A program made the translations under genes and the position numbers. Below are positions 38,380 to 51,412 of a stretch of 64,000 nucleotides of DNA, piece by piece; within the stretch, counting starts at the first letter, position 1, and each line of letters opens with the position of its first letter. Source of the stretch: Octopus vulgaris (lineage: Eukaryota). Below the pieces are notes generated by a model, which saw nothing but the letters and a program-made list of their open reading frames with translations, did no database searches and had not been told where the DNA came from. The stretch spans positions 23,002,001 to 23,066,000 of the forward strand of contig OX597839.1 in assembly GCA_951406725.2 (NCBI GenBank), written 5' to 3'.

Positions 38380-38949
38380 CGTAGGAGTGGCTGTGTGGTA
38401 AGTAGCTTGCTAACCAACCACATGGTTCCGGGTTCAGTCCCACTGCGTGGCATCTTGGGCAAGTGTCTTCTGCTATAGCCCCGGGCCGACCAATGCCTTG
38501 TGAGTGGATTTGGTAGACGGAAACTGAAAAAAGCCTGTCGTGTTTACGTCGCCGTAACTTAGTGGTTCGGCAAAAGAAACCAATAGAATAAGTACTAGGC
38601 TTACAAAGATTAAGTCCTGGGGTCGATTTGCTTGACTAAAGGTAGTGCTCCAGCATGGCCACAGTCAAATGACTGAAACAAATAAAAGAGTAAAAAAGTA
38701 TATATATATACATGATGGGCTTCTTTCAGTTTCCATCTACCAAATCCCTTCACAAGGCTTTGGTAGGCCCAAGGTACTGTGCAGTGGGATTGAAACTGGA
38801 ACCATGCGATTGGGAGGCAAACTTCTTCTTACACAGTCACACCTGTGCTATCTTAAGATTTTCTAAAAGTTTGGCATGTGACTCTCGCTGGTTACTTTGT
38901 CTAAAGTAGGACTCTTATTCCTTAGATACCTCATCAGCTTCTTGAAAGA

Positions 38950-38981
<32 letters not shown>

Positions 38982-39856
38982 ACCACACTCACATGCAAGC
39001 ACACTCACACACACACACACATACACACACACACTGAAGGACTGAAGAATGGAAATAAACATATTTATGGAGATATTAGGTCAACTTCTCTTGACCTCTC
39101 AATGATAATACGCCGACTATTCTATGAAAGACAAGTAGAGTGAAGTGTCTTGGCAAAGAGTAATGAGAAGAGATGCACAGAAACACAAAGTAGAAATAAT
39201 AACAAGCTGGAAAGTAATGAGGAGGACGAGGAGGAAGAGGGAGGGAGGGGGGTTCTCGTTATGTAATTAATCATTATTTTTTTATGCCATTCTCATAAAG
39301 CATTTCCACAGATTTCTTAAGTAAACATTACCGCAGACACAGAAAGAGAAACAAAAGCGCTTATTACCGTGCACTTTGCTGCACTTTGTTGCACTTCAAA
39401 CATGGCTGAGACTAATTGTGCTTAAACGAAACCACATTTACAGCTTCACAACACAAAGATGCAAGTCTCGAATAAATCACACTCAATTGTTTTAACTCTT
39501 TTGTTCCCAGAATTTCTTCAGTTGAAACACACTGGCTTTGTTTCAGTTCGTTTTGGAGATAATGGCAGAATTTAGTGGAATAATTTTGCTACCGTTATTT
39601 TCAACTAGTGGAAGGCGGACAACTGGCAGAATTGACTGCATGCCAGACAAAATGTTTGCCAGCACCTCATCTGTCTTTATGTTCCGGGTTCAATCTCTGC
39701 TGAGGCTAACTTAGCCTTTCGTCCTTTCGTGGTTAATAAGATAAGTACCAGTTGTATACTGGGGTCACTGCAATTGACTTAGCTCCTACCCAAAAGTTTC
39801 AGGCATTGTGTCTTTAGTAGGTGGGATTGGGATCGGTGTCGGCGTCATCATCATCA

Positions 39857-40418
39857 TTGAGCGAGAGAGTGGCAGATGCCATCAAAGTGACACTGGGGTA
39901 CAGATATACAAAACCCAGTATACCCATCATGACTACTCGTCTGATAAGGATACACCAGACCCATGCATCACAACCATATGTACGTGACATAGTGATCTCA
40001 TATCAAGACAGACAGTGCATGACCATGCAGGTGGGACCCAGTTAGAATTTTCTTCTAGTCAAGTAGCCCTTCCCACTCAAAAGGTCCCTGAATAAGGGTT
40101 GTTTAAGGATGTTGAACGAAACACCCATGTTTCCAGAGGTGAATTCTTCAAACCCCAAAGAATTCCTCTCAACACATGGCTATGATGCTCCCCCACTACT
40201 TCTGCTCGTGGTCAGAGATGCACATATCATCAGCCAATAAGGGACATGCTCAACTGGTTAAGGTCAAACAACTGACAAGCAGATCTGTGGTATTGAGCAG
40301 AATATTTGCTATAACCCATCTTTTATACCAAGACAAAACAATGTACATGATAACACTTCCAATCAGTTAAGATCAGAAGCCCTGATAGCTACTGCCTGGT
40401 ACTGCATCAGGGCATTTA
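39857..40418. mobile_element. ~560-bp non-coding interspersed repeat embedded in (ATT)/(ATC) microsatellite
   Basis: Closely similar truncated copy at 62922-63390, also flanked by (ATT)n. Confidence 0.85.
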
Positions 40419-40440
40419 TTATTATTATTATTATTATTAT

Positions 40441-40910
40441 CGAGCTGGCAGAAACGTTAGCACGCCGGGCGAAATGCGTAGCCGTATTTCGTCTGCTGTT
40501 ACGTTCAGGGTTCAAATTCCGCCGAGGTCAACTTTGCCTTTCATCCTTTCGGGGTCGATAAATTAAGTACCAGTTACGCACAGGAGTCGATGTAATCGAC
40601 TTAATCCGTCGGTCTGTCCTTGTTTGTCTACTCTGTGTTTAGCCCCTTGTGGGTAGTAAAGAAATATATTATTATTATTATTATTATTAAGGCAGAAATT
40701 GACAGAATCATTAGCATGCCAGACAAAATACTCAACAGCATTTTACCTATCTTTATGTTCTGAGTTCAAATTCCACTGAGATCGACTTTGCCTGTCATCC
40801 TTCTAAGGTTGATAAATTAAATACCAGTTATGTACTGGGTTTGGTATAATTGTCTAGCACCCCCCCCCCCTCCCTAAATTTCAGGCTTTGTGCCTTTAGT
40901 GGAAAGGATT
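40441..40910 (+). mobile_element. Two SINE-B copies separated by (ATT)n
   Basis: 40441-40665 young, 40690-40910 old. Confidence 0.85.
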
Positions 40911-41328
40911 GTTTTCAACTGGTGTTAGGAACATAAATTAACATGAAATTTTGTTGGAAGGCTTTTTGAAATTTCAATAAACAGGAAGTGTGTATCCTAG
41001 AAGCAGGGATGGTTTCAGGTGGGTCAGCATCCAAAAGGTTAGAAAATAGATGAGAACACACTCCTAAATACCAGCTGGGCCAAAAAAAAAAAAAAAAAAA
41101 AAAAAAACCAGACAAAAGAAATGGAATCTGAATGGCTGGAATGCTTTTATGGAAGGCTGCCTGAATGGGGTTGACCTGGGGTCAAACAAAAACAACAACA
41201 GTTAAAGAGAGTGAGAGGGGAAGCGAGAGAAAGAGGTGGAAGAGAGAGGGAGAGAGAAGGGTGGCAGAGGGGGGAGGGAGGGAGAGGGGAGGGAGGAGGA
41301 GAGAGGTGGAAGGAGAGAGAGGGGAGGA

Positions 41329-41370
<42 letters not shown>

Positions 41371-41455
41371 TTAAATAGATTGATGTAATGATAGATGATC
41401 AGATTAATGCCTAGCAGACAGACAAACAGCTGGGAGATGGAAGCTGATATAAAAT

Positions 41456-41502
<47 letters not shown>

Positions 41503-41877
41503 GCACACACACACACACACAACCAGTGAATATATAATCAGTGATTTTATTTCCTTTTTAATCCCCATTACATTAAATGGTTCCAAGTACACACCTAATT
41601 ACTTAAAGCAAAAATAGATTCTATGCCTGTAGGTAGGATTGTTTAAAAGTTTATTTAGTTATCCTGTGATCCTAAGTTCAATCCCACCATGTGAAATCTT
41701 GGGTGAATGTTTTTTTACTCTTGACCAGGTTTTTCTCAACCATTCTTTATCTCTGGACACCTTACATTCCTATTTAACTCTGCCAAATTCCTCAAAGGCT
41801 TTCGATGTTTAGAATACCCTATTATATTTTTATCATGAAATACCTGGACTCAAATTGGATTCATGCGTACATCCTGG

Positions 41878-42237
41878 CTTCTGTGCCAGTGGCACGTAAA
41901 AAGCACCATCCGAACACGATCGATGCCAGGTCCACCTGACGGGCTCCTGTGCCGGCGGCATGTAAAAAGCACCATCCGAACACGATTGATGCCAGGTTCA
42001 CCTGACGGGCTCCTGTGCCGGCGGCATGTAAAAAGCACCATCCGAACACGATCGATGCCAGGTTCACCTGACGGGCTCCTGTGCCGGCGGCATGTAAAAA
42101 GCACCATCCGAACACGATCGATGCCAGGTCCACCTGACGGGCTCCTGTGCCGGCGGCATGTAAAAAGCACCATCCGAACACGATCGATGCCAGGTCCACA
42201 TAACGGGCTCCTGTGCCAGTGGCACGTAAAAAGCACC
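41878..42237 (+). repeat. 66-bp tandem array (5.5 copies) inside the (GAT)n-tailed retroposon
   Basis: Units at 41878, 41944, 42010, 42076, 42142 and 42208; continues into the family 3' end to 42405. Confidence 0.95.
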
Positions 42238-42876
42238 TACTACACTCTTGGAGTGGTTGGTATTAGGAAGAGCATCCAACTGTAGAAACCTTGCCAGATC
42301 AGATTGGAGCCTGGTGCAAGTCACTGGCTTTCCAGACCTCAATCAAACCGTCCAACCCATGCCAGCATGGAAAACAGACATTAAACGATGATGATGATGA
42401 TGATGGTTACAAGCAGATGGTTTTGTTCTTTTAGTTTTAAAAGTTGGTTTCTCACTCTTTGTTATCATTTCTTTGAATCCTCCCCCTCAAATATTCATAA
42501 TACGTCAAAATCGACGGAGGTGGACGTCATAAATGAACTGGTCCTTGATCCATATATATGTAAAGCAGTGGACAAATAGAAGAAAGAAGCACTAAACACC
42601 TTTAGTAGCAGTTACATAACCTTAAGTTACAAACTTTAAGACACATCGCAAAAATCAAACTGTTTTGTGTGTGTGTGTGTGTTTTGTGTGTGTGTGTGTG
42701 GGTAGGCATGACTGTGTAGTAAATAGTTTGCTTACCAACAACATGGTTCTGGGTTCAGTCCCACTGTATGGCACCTTGGGCAAGTGTCTTCTATAGCCTT
42801 GAGACAACCAAAACATTGTGAGTGGATTTGGCAGACAGAAACTGAAAGAAGCCTGTTGTGTATAAATATATAGATC

Positions 42877-43055
42877 GTTAGCTCCTACACGCATTTTTTT
42901 CTCTCCTTGTTTTTTTTCTGTGTCCCTTTCTGTAGAAGAGCATAGGCTCGAAACGTAAAAGACTTTTTCTATTCCTGAGCGCTATACTAATACATTTGAA
43001 TGTTTGTACTCCACCTGCCTTCGTTTTGTTTATTTTCGTAAACTTTCCCTTTATA
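42877..43055 (+). mobile_element. PLE-like terminal fragment with variant hammerhead-like fold (42926-42961); second copy at 50461-50640(-)
   Basis: CTTT-CTGTAGAA-GAGC ATAG GCTC-GAAACGTA-AAAG; both copies sit in (TA)n. Confidence 0.6.
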
Positions 43056-43909
43056 TATATATCTGTGTGTGTGTGTGTATGTGTGTGAAGTCACGTGTCT
43101 TAGTGGTTAGGGTATTTGGCTCATGATCGCAAAGTCATGAGTTCAATTCCCAGTGGCATGTTGTGTCCTTTCATGTTGCTCCAGTCCACTCAGATGGCAA
43201 AATCAAGTTGTACCCATGAACCTCCCTCAGAATTACATTAAGGGCACATGTGTCTGTGGAGTGCTCAGCCACTTGCATGTTAATTTCATGAACAGGCTGT
43301 TCCATTCATCAGATCAACTGGAAACCTCATCGTCACAACTGACAGAGTGCCAGTAATATATATATATATATATAAAATTCAATTAGCGGATATGTTAACC
43401 TGATGAAGAGATGGTTGCAGCCAAGGATGACCAATTTATTTATAATAAACATTTAATAACTTCCTTATCTCCATTTTCTTTTCTTTTCTTCTTTCCTATA
43501 TGTATATATTCATGAGTCTGTATTTGTCCCCCACCACCACCACCACCACCACCACTTGACAACCAATGTTGGTGTGCTTACATCTCTGTAACTTAGCAGT
43601 TTAGCAAAAGAGACTGATAGAATAAATACTAGAATTAAGAAATAAGTCCTCGGGTCGATTTGTTCAGTTAAAACCCTTCAAGGGGGTGCCCCAGCATGGC
43701 CACCGTAAAATGGCTGAAACAAATAAAGGAGTAAAAGAAAGAATACTCAATTATAAATTAAGATCACTGCTAGTGCTGTGAATATTATCAACCTCACAGT
43801 CCCATTGGATGGGTTTGGCTTGTCTTCCAGTATGCTGCGGGACTGCACAGTGGAGATGACTCCCACTATGAGGAAGGTCTTAAAAACACCCAAAAGACAA
43901 GCGAGAAGA

Positions 43910-44625
43910 CTATGTATGTATGTGTGTATGTATGTGTGTATTTATGTGAGTATTTATGTATGTATGTATGTATGCATGCATGCGTCTGTATATACATATG
44001 TGTGCATGCATGCAGTTATGCATACATGTATGTTTGTATGTATGTATGTATACATGTACGTATGTATGTGTGTGTGTTTGTATGTATGAATGTATGCACA
44101 TGTGTGTATGTATGTAAAAATGTATGTGTGTGTGTGTGTTTGTATGTATACATGTATGTACACATATGCATGTATGTATGTATGTGTGTATGTATGAATG
44201 TATGTATGTATGTATGTAGGCATGTATGTATGCATGAATGTATTTATGCATGTATGCATGTATGTATATACGCATGCATGTGTGTATGTATGCATGTATG
44301 TATGTATACACACACACACAAAGTAAAAACTTCAAAACTCCTTCAATGTGATTTTTATGCGTTTGAGAATGAGAGCAACAAGTTCCAGCCCTCTCTCTCT
44401 CTCTCTCTCTCTCTACCAAATTCAGCTTGCAAAGTACTGGGCAACCTGAAGTGCTGTGCAGCAGAATTGAACCCAGAACCATGTGGCTACACAGTAAGCT
44501 TCTTAACTCAGTGCTTGCTTCAATTATTCTGAACAAGTTCGTCATTTGTTATTGGTGTGTGTGTGTGTGTGTCTATATATAATCTTTCGCTTTCAATAAA
44601 AGTGTGTGTGTGTGTATTTTTGTGT

Positions 44626-44692
<67 letters not shown>

Positions 44693-44771
44693 TACACACA
44701 CACACACATATATATATATACACACACACACATATATATATATATACACACACACACATATATATATATAT

Positions 44772-44854
<83 letters not shown>

Positions 44855-44890
44855 TATATATATATACACACATATATATATATATATCTC
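43910..44890. repeat. (TATG)n, (TA)n and (CA)n microsatellite blocks
   Basis: Directly visible. Confidence 0.95.
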
Positions 44891-47800
44891 AAGTAACTTA
44901 CTTAATGACACTTATTTAATGGCCAACATTATATAGATATATCAATGAAAAACAAGGAAAATGTTACGTGCGTGTGTGTGTGTGTGTTTGTGTGTTTGTG
45001 TGTGTGTTCATAAATCTCAGTAAGTATAGTAATGTGTTTGTGTGTGTGAGCAAAATAAAAAGTCGAAATATTTTTCCTTCTTGCTTATTCAAAAAGATAT
45101 AAAAGATATCGAAGACATATAAATCCAAACTGTAGATATTACATCTCTCTTTATGAATTCCCTCGTTGGATGGTCTGCGATATTCAAGAGGAGATGTAAG
45201 CAATTTTATTGCTGATCTTTCAAATATTTGTCATCTCACAAATATTTCCAATTTATAAAGAAACACATAAAAAAAAACAACATCTTTATTGATATTTTGT
45301 GACTCACAGTCGTGAAATAAGCCAATGTGATAAATCCCCCCGATACCTCGATATAGTGTGAGATAAATCTATTTCTTTACTCCAGTGATGTTTTGTGAGG
45401 AAAGAGGCCATTAAGGTGAAAAATCTTGACTTCAGCAAACCCAGGAGAAAAAAACTGTGAGGTAAAAATTGTTTGTCTTTGTGGCAGGCTTGACTTTTTA
45501 ACCAAAGTGTCGAACTTTGTCAATTATTTATCGAATTAAATGTTACTGCTCTGATTTTGGTGCCTACAATCAGTTTCGGTTGAGAGACACTGTATAACAC
45601 AGACAGTCCCCTGCCAATTCTGTCACATCACACACTATACACTATCACATGGTTTAACTTTCAAACTTTAACCCTCTCTCGTTAAATCTGTCTGCCCCCT
45701 AAAGATGTTTTTATTGCATTCAGACATTATTTTGATTTTTAAGGCTTACTCAGAGAAGGGAACGCTGCACCTTTGCCCCTTTATAGAGCCTTCAAAACAG
45801 GCAGAGGGGATAGAGGCTGTTACTCTCTACAAGATATCTGCCTTGAATACTTGCAACAGGGTGGACTGCCCTAAAAGCACCTGTAACAGATCATTTCTCT
45901 TAGAAAACTGAACCCATAATAAAACTATCTGGATAAAGGATTGGTTTTAGCCAACAATGTCATATTTAATCCTTCAGCATTCGGAAATGATCAAGCTTTG
46001 GGATTTCAATGATTTGATTGCTTATTTTTAGAATGACATTGTCAGGTAGTGTGAGAAGCCAGATCTGGCCAGGTTGAACATAAAACAGGAAGAAGATTAT
46101 GGCTGGACATAACCAATTCAATCCTTTAGCATTCAGACTTCCCTTATCAAATATATATCGTTTATTTATCCACTGTGTGGTAAGTAGCTTGCTAACTAAC
46201 CACATGGTTTCGGGTTCAGTCCCACTGCGTGGCATCTTGGGCAAGTGTCTTCTGCTATAGCCCCGGGCCGACCAATGCCTTGTGAGTGGATTTGGTAGAC
46301 GGAAACTGAAAGAAGCCTGTCGTATATATGTATATATACATATATGTGTGTGTGTTTGTGTGTCTGTGTTTGTTCCCCTAGCATTGCTTGACAACCGATG
46401 CTGGTGTGTTTACGTCCCCATCACTTAGCGGTTCAGCAAAAAGAGACCGATAGAATAAGTACTGGGCTTACAAAAAGAAGAAGTCCCGGGGTTGAGTTGC
46501 TCGACTAAAGGCGGTGCTCCAGCATGGCCGCAGTCAAATGACTGAAACAAGTAAAAGAGTAAAAGAGTAAAGAGTATTGTTTTTAATTAATCCTTCATTA
46601 TCTCATAGCTTTGAGATTTCAATGATGTGATTATTTAGTTTTAGAATGACATTGTAGGGTAAGTGGGAGAGGCCAGATCTTGCTTATTTGAACATAAAAC
46701 AGGTAGAATATTTAGGCTAGATATGGTCTGTTTAAAAGCTAATGGGTTAACAATCTTGGCTGAATAACTGCAAGTGTGAAATGGCCAATACAAACGGGTA
46801 GACAACCTCTTTCGACATTTATTTCAACCAATAGGCGCAGGAATGGCTGTGTGGTAAGTAGCTTGTTTACCAACCACATGGTTCCGGGTTCAGTCCCACT
46901 GCGTGGCACCTTGGGCAAGTGTCTTCTACTATAGCCTCGGGCCAACCAAAGCCTTGTGAGTGGATTTGGTAGACGGAAACTGAAAGAAGCCTGTCGTATA
47001 TATGTATATATATATGTGTGTTTGTGTGTCTGTGTTTGTCCCCCTAGCATTGCTTGACAACCGATGCTGGCGTGTTTATGTCCCCGTAACTTAGTGGTTC
47101 GGCAAAAGAGACCGATAGAATAAGTACTGGGCTTACAAAAGAATAAGTCCCGGTAAAGGCGGTGCTCCAGCATGGCCGCAGTCAAATGACTGAAACAAGT
47201 AAAAGAGTAAAAGAGAAAAGAGTAATAATATCTTGTGGTGGTTGTGATAAAATGTTGGCTGACTTCAGGTCCTGACTTCTATTGCATTTCCTTGAGTCAG
47301 AATGCAAATAGAACGTTCTAGACTTTAGTAATTTTTGTAATTTTGTGATTCGAATCTCTCATTAGGAGTCATCATAATACAGCTGAGAGGCAGAGACTCC
47401 AGCTGGGTCATTCAAAGTCATTTCTTATTTTCTTTCTTTACTCTCTTTACTCTTTACTCTTTTACTTGTTTCAGTCATTTGACTGCGGCCATGCTGGAGC
47501 ACCACCTTAAGTCGAGCAAATCGACTTATTCTTTGTAAGCCCAGTACTTATTCTATCGGTCTCTTTTGCCGAACCGCTAAGTGACGGAGACGTAAACACA
47601 CCGGCATCGATTGTCAAGCAATGCTAGGGGGACAAACACGGACACACAAACATATACACACACACTTATATATATATATACATATATACGACAGGCTTCT
47701 TTCAGTTTCCGTCTACCAAATTCACTCACAAGGCATTGGTCGGCCCGGGGCTATAGCAGAAGACACTTGCCCAAGATGCCATGCAGTGGGACTGAACCCA

Positions 47801-48499
47801 GAACCATGTGGTTGGTTAGCAAGCTACTTACCACACAGCTACTCCTGCGCCTTTATATTTTTATTTATATCTTTTTTAGATTTTAATTATTTCTGTGGTA
47901 AGATAAGCATTTTAACGCCTAAAAATTAATAAATTGATAAATTGAAATAGAGTACAGTCCTGCACTGTATAACACATTAATTAAAATATTATTAAAAGAA
48001 AATACGGAGTGTACCGTAGATTAGTAAACAAAGAATTGTACAGACTTTATGGAAAATGAAATTTGGGAGGTGGGTGGGTGTGTGGTGTTTTGCATTTATA
48101 ATAAAACAAGTATATACTAATTACAAAAATAATATAAGAAAATATGCTGTGTGGTAAGAAGCTTGCTTCTTAACCACATGGTTCTAGGTTCAGTTCCATT
48201 GCGTGGCACCTTGAGTGTTTTCTGCTATAGCCTCAGGCTGACCAAATCCTTGTGAGTGGATTCTGTTGATCACTTGTACTGAACCACCAAGTTACAGGGA
48301 AACAAACAAACCAACGCTGGTTCTCAAGTGGTGGGGTATATCAAACACAAAAGTACACAGATACACACACACACACACATTTATATACACAAAAACAGCA
48401 ACAGAAATCACACAATATGCATGCACATGCACACACAGATATAAATATATTTAATATACATACATATAAACACATACATATATATTTCTTTTCATTTCG

Positions 48500-48590
48500 A
48501 CCACCTCTGACGAACACCGAGTTACGTAATCCGATTGTTACCTAACTCTCCGTTGAATCCCTAGCACGAAACCAATTGGTATGATTGGCC
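48500..48590 (+). ncRNA. Degenerate hammerhead-like motif
   Basis: CTGACGA..GAAACCAATTGGTA with palindromic stem III; stems I and II partly decayed. Confidence 0.35.
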
Positions 48591-48927
48591 ATAATGGATA
48601 TATAATACACTTCAGATAATATATATATATATATAAAAGAGGTGAGGAGCAAATTCTTCAAAGGGATGTCAAACATCCAAGTCCACCAGTCCAGTCCAAG
48701 CAAAGAATCATCATCATCATCATCATCATCGTTTTAACGTCCGTTTTGGATGGTTCGACCGGGGTCTGGGAAGCCAGGGGCTGCACCAGGCTCCAGTCTT
48801 ATCTGGCAGAGTTTCTACAGCTGGATGCCCTTCCTAACGCCAGCCACTCCGTATTTTCAAAAACCTGGATTATGAATTAAAGACAATCTACAACTACAAT
48901 TTTTTTCCTTTCCTTATACTTCACTTA

Positions 48928-48958
<31 letters not shown>

Positions 48959-48964
48959 GAAGTA

Positions 48965-49320
48965 TAGGTGTTAATGTATTACAGCTGTTTCCAACGACCC
49001 CTTTAATTGATTAATGGAAACATCATTGCAAAGGAACCGTTTTCATCAAATGAATTCATGAACTTCAAACACAGAAGACAATTTGACTGGTTTACCGTAG
49101 CTACAAATTCACAGAACAACAATATTTACATTGATTTCTGCCACTGTTCAGTTGGCAAAATGAATTTAGCAGAATAGTGTATACCTGGTCAGAACAAAAG
49201 GAATTTTAGGGGTTACTAGAATTTATAGTTGGGGGAAGAAGTAAAGGACTCAAGCAACCCAGTTTCTTAGCAATGATGTAATGTTTCCATTGGAAACGAC
49301 TGTAATGGATTGACACCTAT
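48965..49320. mobile_element. Inverted-repeat element with GAAACAGCTGTA ends
   Basis: ATAGGTGTTAATGTATTACAGCTGTTTCCAA pairs with TTGGAAACGACTGTAATGGATTGACACCTAT. Confidence 0.55.
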
Positions 49321-49656
49321 TATAATAATAATAATGAAATTATTGTATACAGTGCTCAGGTGCACCACAACTTGTCAGAAAGTGCATATAAAGTACATGC
49401 AGTAATGTAGAAATGTCTGGAAAGTGAACAATGTATGAGTCAGATACATGCTTGTGTGTGTATGGAGGGGAGAAAATCAAGTGTAGTGTTGGCGAATCTC
49501 AGGAAGCATGGAAGTCTTGAAGGATGCAGTGCTCCGACAACTAACAACCGATGCCGGCAGTTTGTTCCACGCTTCAGCAACTCTCAGCATGAAAAAATGT
49601 TTCCTGAAGTCATGGGAGCTGTGCTGTTTTCTTACTTTGTAAATATGTCCACGGGT
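49320..49656 (-). pseudogene. CR1-clade LINE 3' fragment (ORF2 C-terminus 49656-49477 plus 3'UTR and (TTA)n tail)
   Basis: TRGHIYKVRKQHSSHDFRKHFFMLRVAEAWNKLPASVV..SFK matches the CR1 TRGH..FF..RV..WN.LP motif. Confidence 0.85.
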
Positions 49657-49861
49657 ATTCTTCTTTGTTACTCAATTATATTTTGTTCACCTATCCTAGA
49701 ATCTGCGCTTCATAAATATTACAGACAATATTTTTAATATAAAGTACATGTCTGAATAGCTAAAGGTAGATTTCTTCACTCAGCTGGGTCTTATCTGCAG
49801 ACACTGCAAGAATATCACATGGCTGGCACTTATGCACCAAGTTTAATATTCACCTAATATC

Positions 49862-50105
49862 GTTGAGTGTGCATGTTATATCCAGCATGAAGAACTTAAG
49901 CGAGCTGCGCGAAAGCGCATGGCTCGTATAGTGAATGGGGAAAGCTTGGTCTGCAATGTTTGCAGTCGTGTATGCTTGTCAAGAGCAGGGCTCATTAGCC
50001 ACCAACGGAGCCGCAAATGCAAAATATAAGTTAGTCCTAGAGCGCACAATGTTCCTGAAGGTTGGCAATGGTCTTCCTCGGTCACGAGTGGATGGCCATC
50101 ATCAT
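49862..50105 (+). pseudogene. RTE-clade LINE 3' fragment (C-terminal Cys/His motif, stop at 50029)
   Basis: ELKRAARKRMARIVNGESLVCNVCSRVCLSRAGLISHQRSRKCKI*, then a short UTR and CATCATCAT tail. Confidence 0.75.
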
Positions 50106-50126
50106 ATATATATATACGAACACATA

Positions 50127-50352
50127 CAGGGTTGGCCTAAATGTCATCTGAGAGTAAATCAAAACCATTAAATTCCAAGTTTTAACAACTGAATGGATTT
50201 AATAAAAAGCATCTAAATATGAAACATCACGAAAATTGTTCAAATTGAAGTCCTTCTTGAGCAACACCATTTTCCTATTTAAGCCAATACAGAATTTCAG
50301 ATAGTATTTATGGAAGTTTGATTTACTGTCAGGTGACTTCTGGCCAAACCTG
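50127..50352. mobile_element. Tc1/mariner-type MITE
   Basis: TA|CAGGGTTGGCC..GTAAATCAAA / TTTGATTTAC..GGCCAAACCTG; a more degraded example at 55733-56019. Confidence 0.7.
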
Positions 50353-50404
50353 TGTATACATATACACATATACATACATACATATATATATATGCGCACG
50401 TGTG

Positions 50405-50461
<57 letters not shown>

Positions 50462-50841
50462 GGAATTTACAAAAACAAACAAAACAAAAGACAAAGACGG
50501 GTGTGTAAACAACAAACAGATGTATTAGTTTAACGCTCGGGAAGTGATAAAGTCATTTACGTTTTGAGCCTATGCTCTTCGACAGAAAGGAACACAGAAA
50601 TAAACAGGGAGAGAAAATAAAAAATGGTATAGTGGCTAGCAATCATATCGTTAAAGGCATGAAACTGAGTTTTAGTAATTGGTTGATAACTAATGAAGAA
50701 TTAGGGACCTTCTGTGTTTGTCTCCCGTCCAGTTTTTACACTTAGTATACGTAATGTTGTGTGTTTATTTACCATACATTTTTTTTCATTTATTAAGTAA
50801 TGGAATGTAACACACGTCGAATTTATATATATATATATATA

Positions 50842-51172
50842 TATATATTAAGTGTAGGAAGAAATGGAGCTGAACGAAGATTTAACAAAATTCCTTTTTA
50901 TTATTTTCTACATATGTTTCGAAAGCTGCAAAGTCCCTAATTCGGATTGAATAAGGAGTCCATTTTGCAGCCTTCTCTTCAGGAAAATCCAGGAACTTAA
51001 TTCTCCAACAAAATGCACAGCAAGCTTTACGACAAAGAGAAGGCTGCAAAATGGACTCCTTATTCAATCCGAATTAGGGACTTTGCAGCCTTCGAAACAT
51101 ATGTAGAAAATAATAAAAAGGAATTTTGTTAAATCTTTGTTCAGCTCCATTTCTTCCTACACTTAATATATA
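50842..51172. mobile_element. PLE-like element with near-perfect ~138-bp inverted arms (50842-50979 / 51035-51172)
   Basis: Only two mismatches seen between arms; 55-bp spacer; set in (TA)n. Confidence 0.85.
50903..50988 (-). ncRNA. Canonical type-I hammerhead ribozyme
   Basis: ATTTTC-CTGAAGA-GAAGGCTGCAAA..TTTGCAGCTTTC-GAAAC ATAT GTA-GAAAAT. Confidence 0.85.
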
Positions 51173-51317
51173 AAACTTCAAATTTCTGCACTAACGCACA
51201 GTTTTCATGCCCCATGGTCGTAACTTCAACCGTGGTTTTTCTGTTGTGATTTTTGCTACCCAGGTATCGGTTATCTTTTGAATTATCCGTAATAAGATAA
51301 TTCATTTATCTACTTCA

Positions 51318-51357
<40 letters not shown>

Positions 51358-51412
51358 TTATATATATATATATATTCACACGCATATATGTGCATAGACA
51401 GAGGTAACTTAC

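Noticed and set aside
43395-43460. CTGATGA hammerhead half
   Set aside because: No downstream GAAAC..NUH or pairing stems
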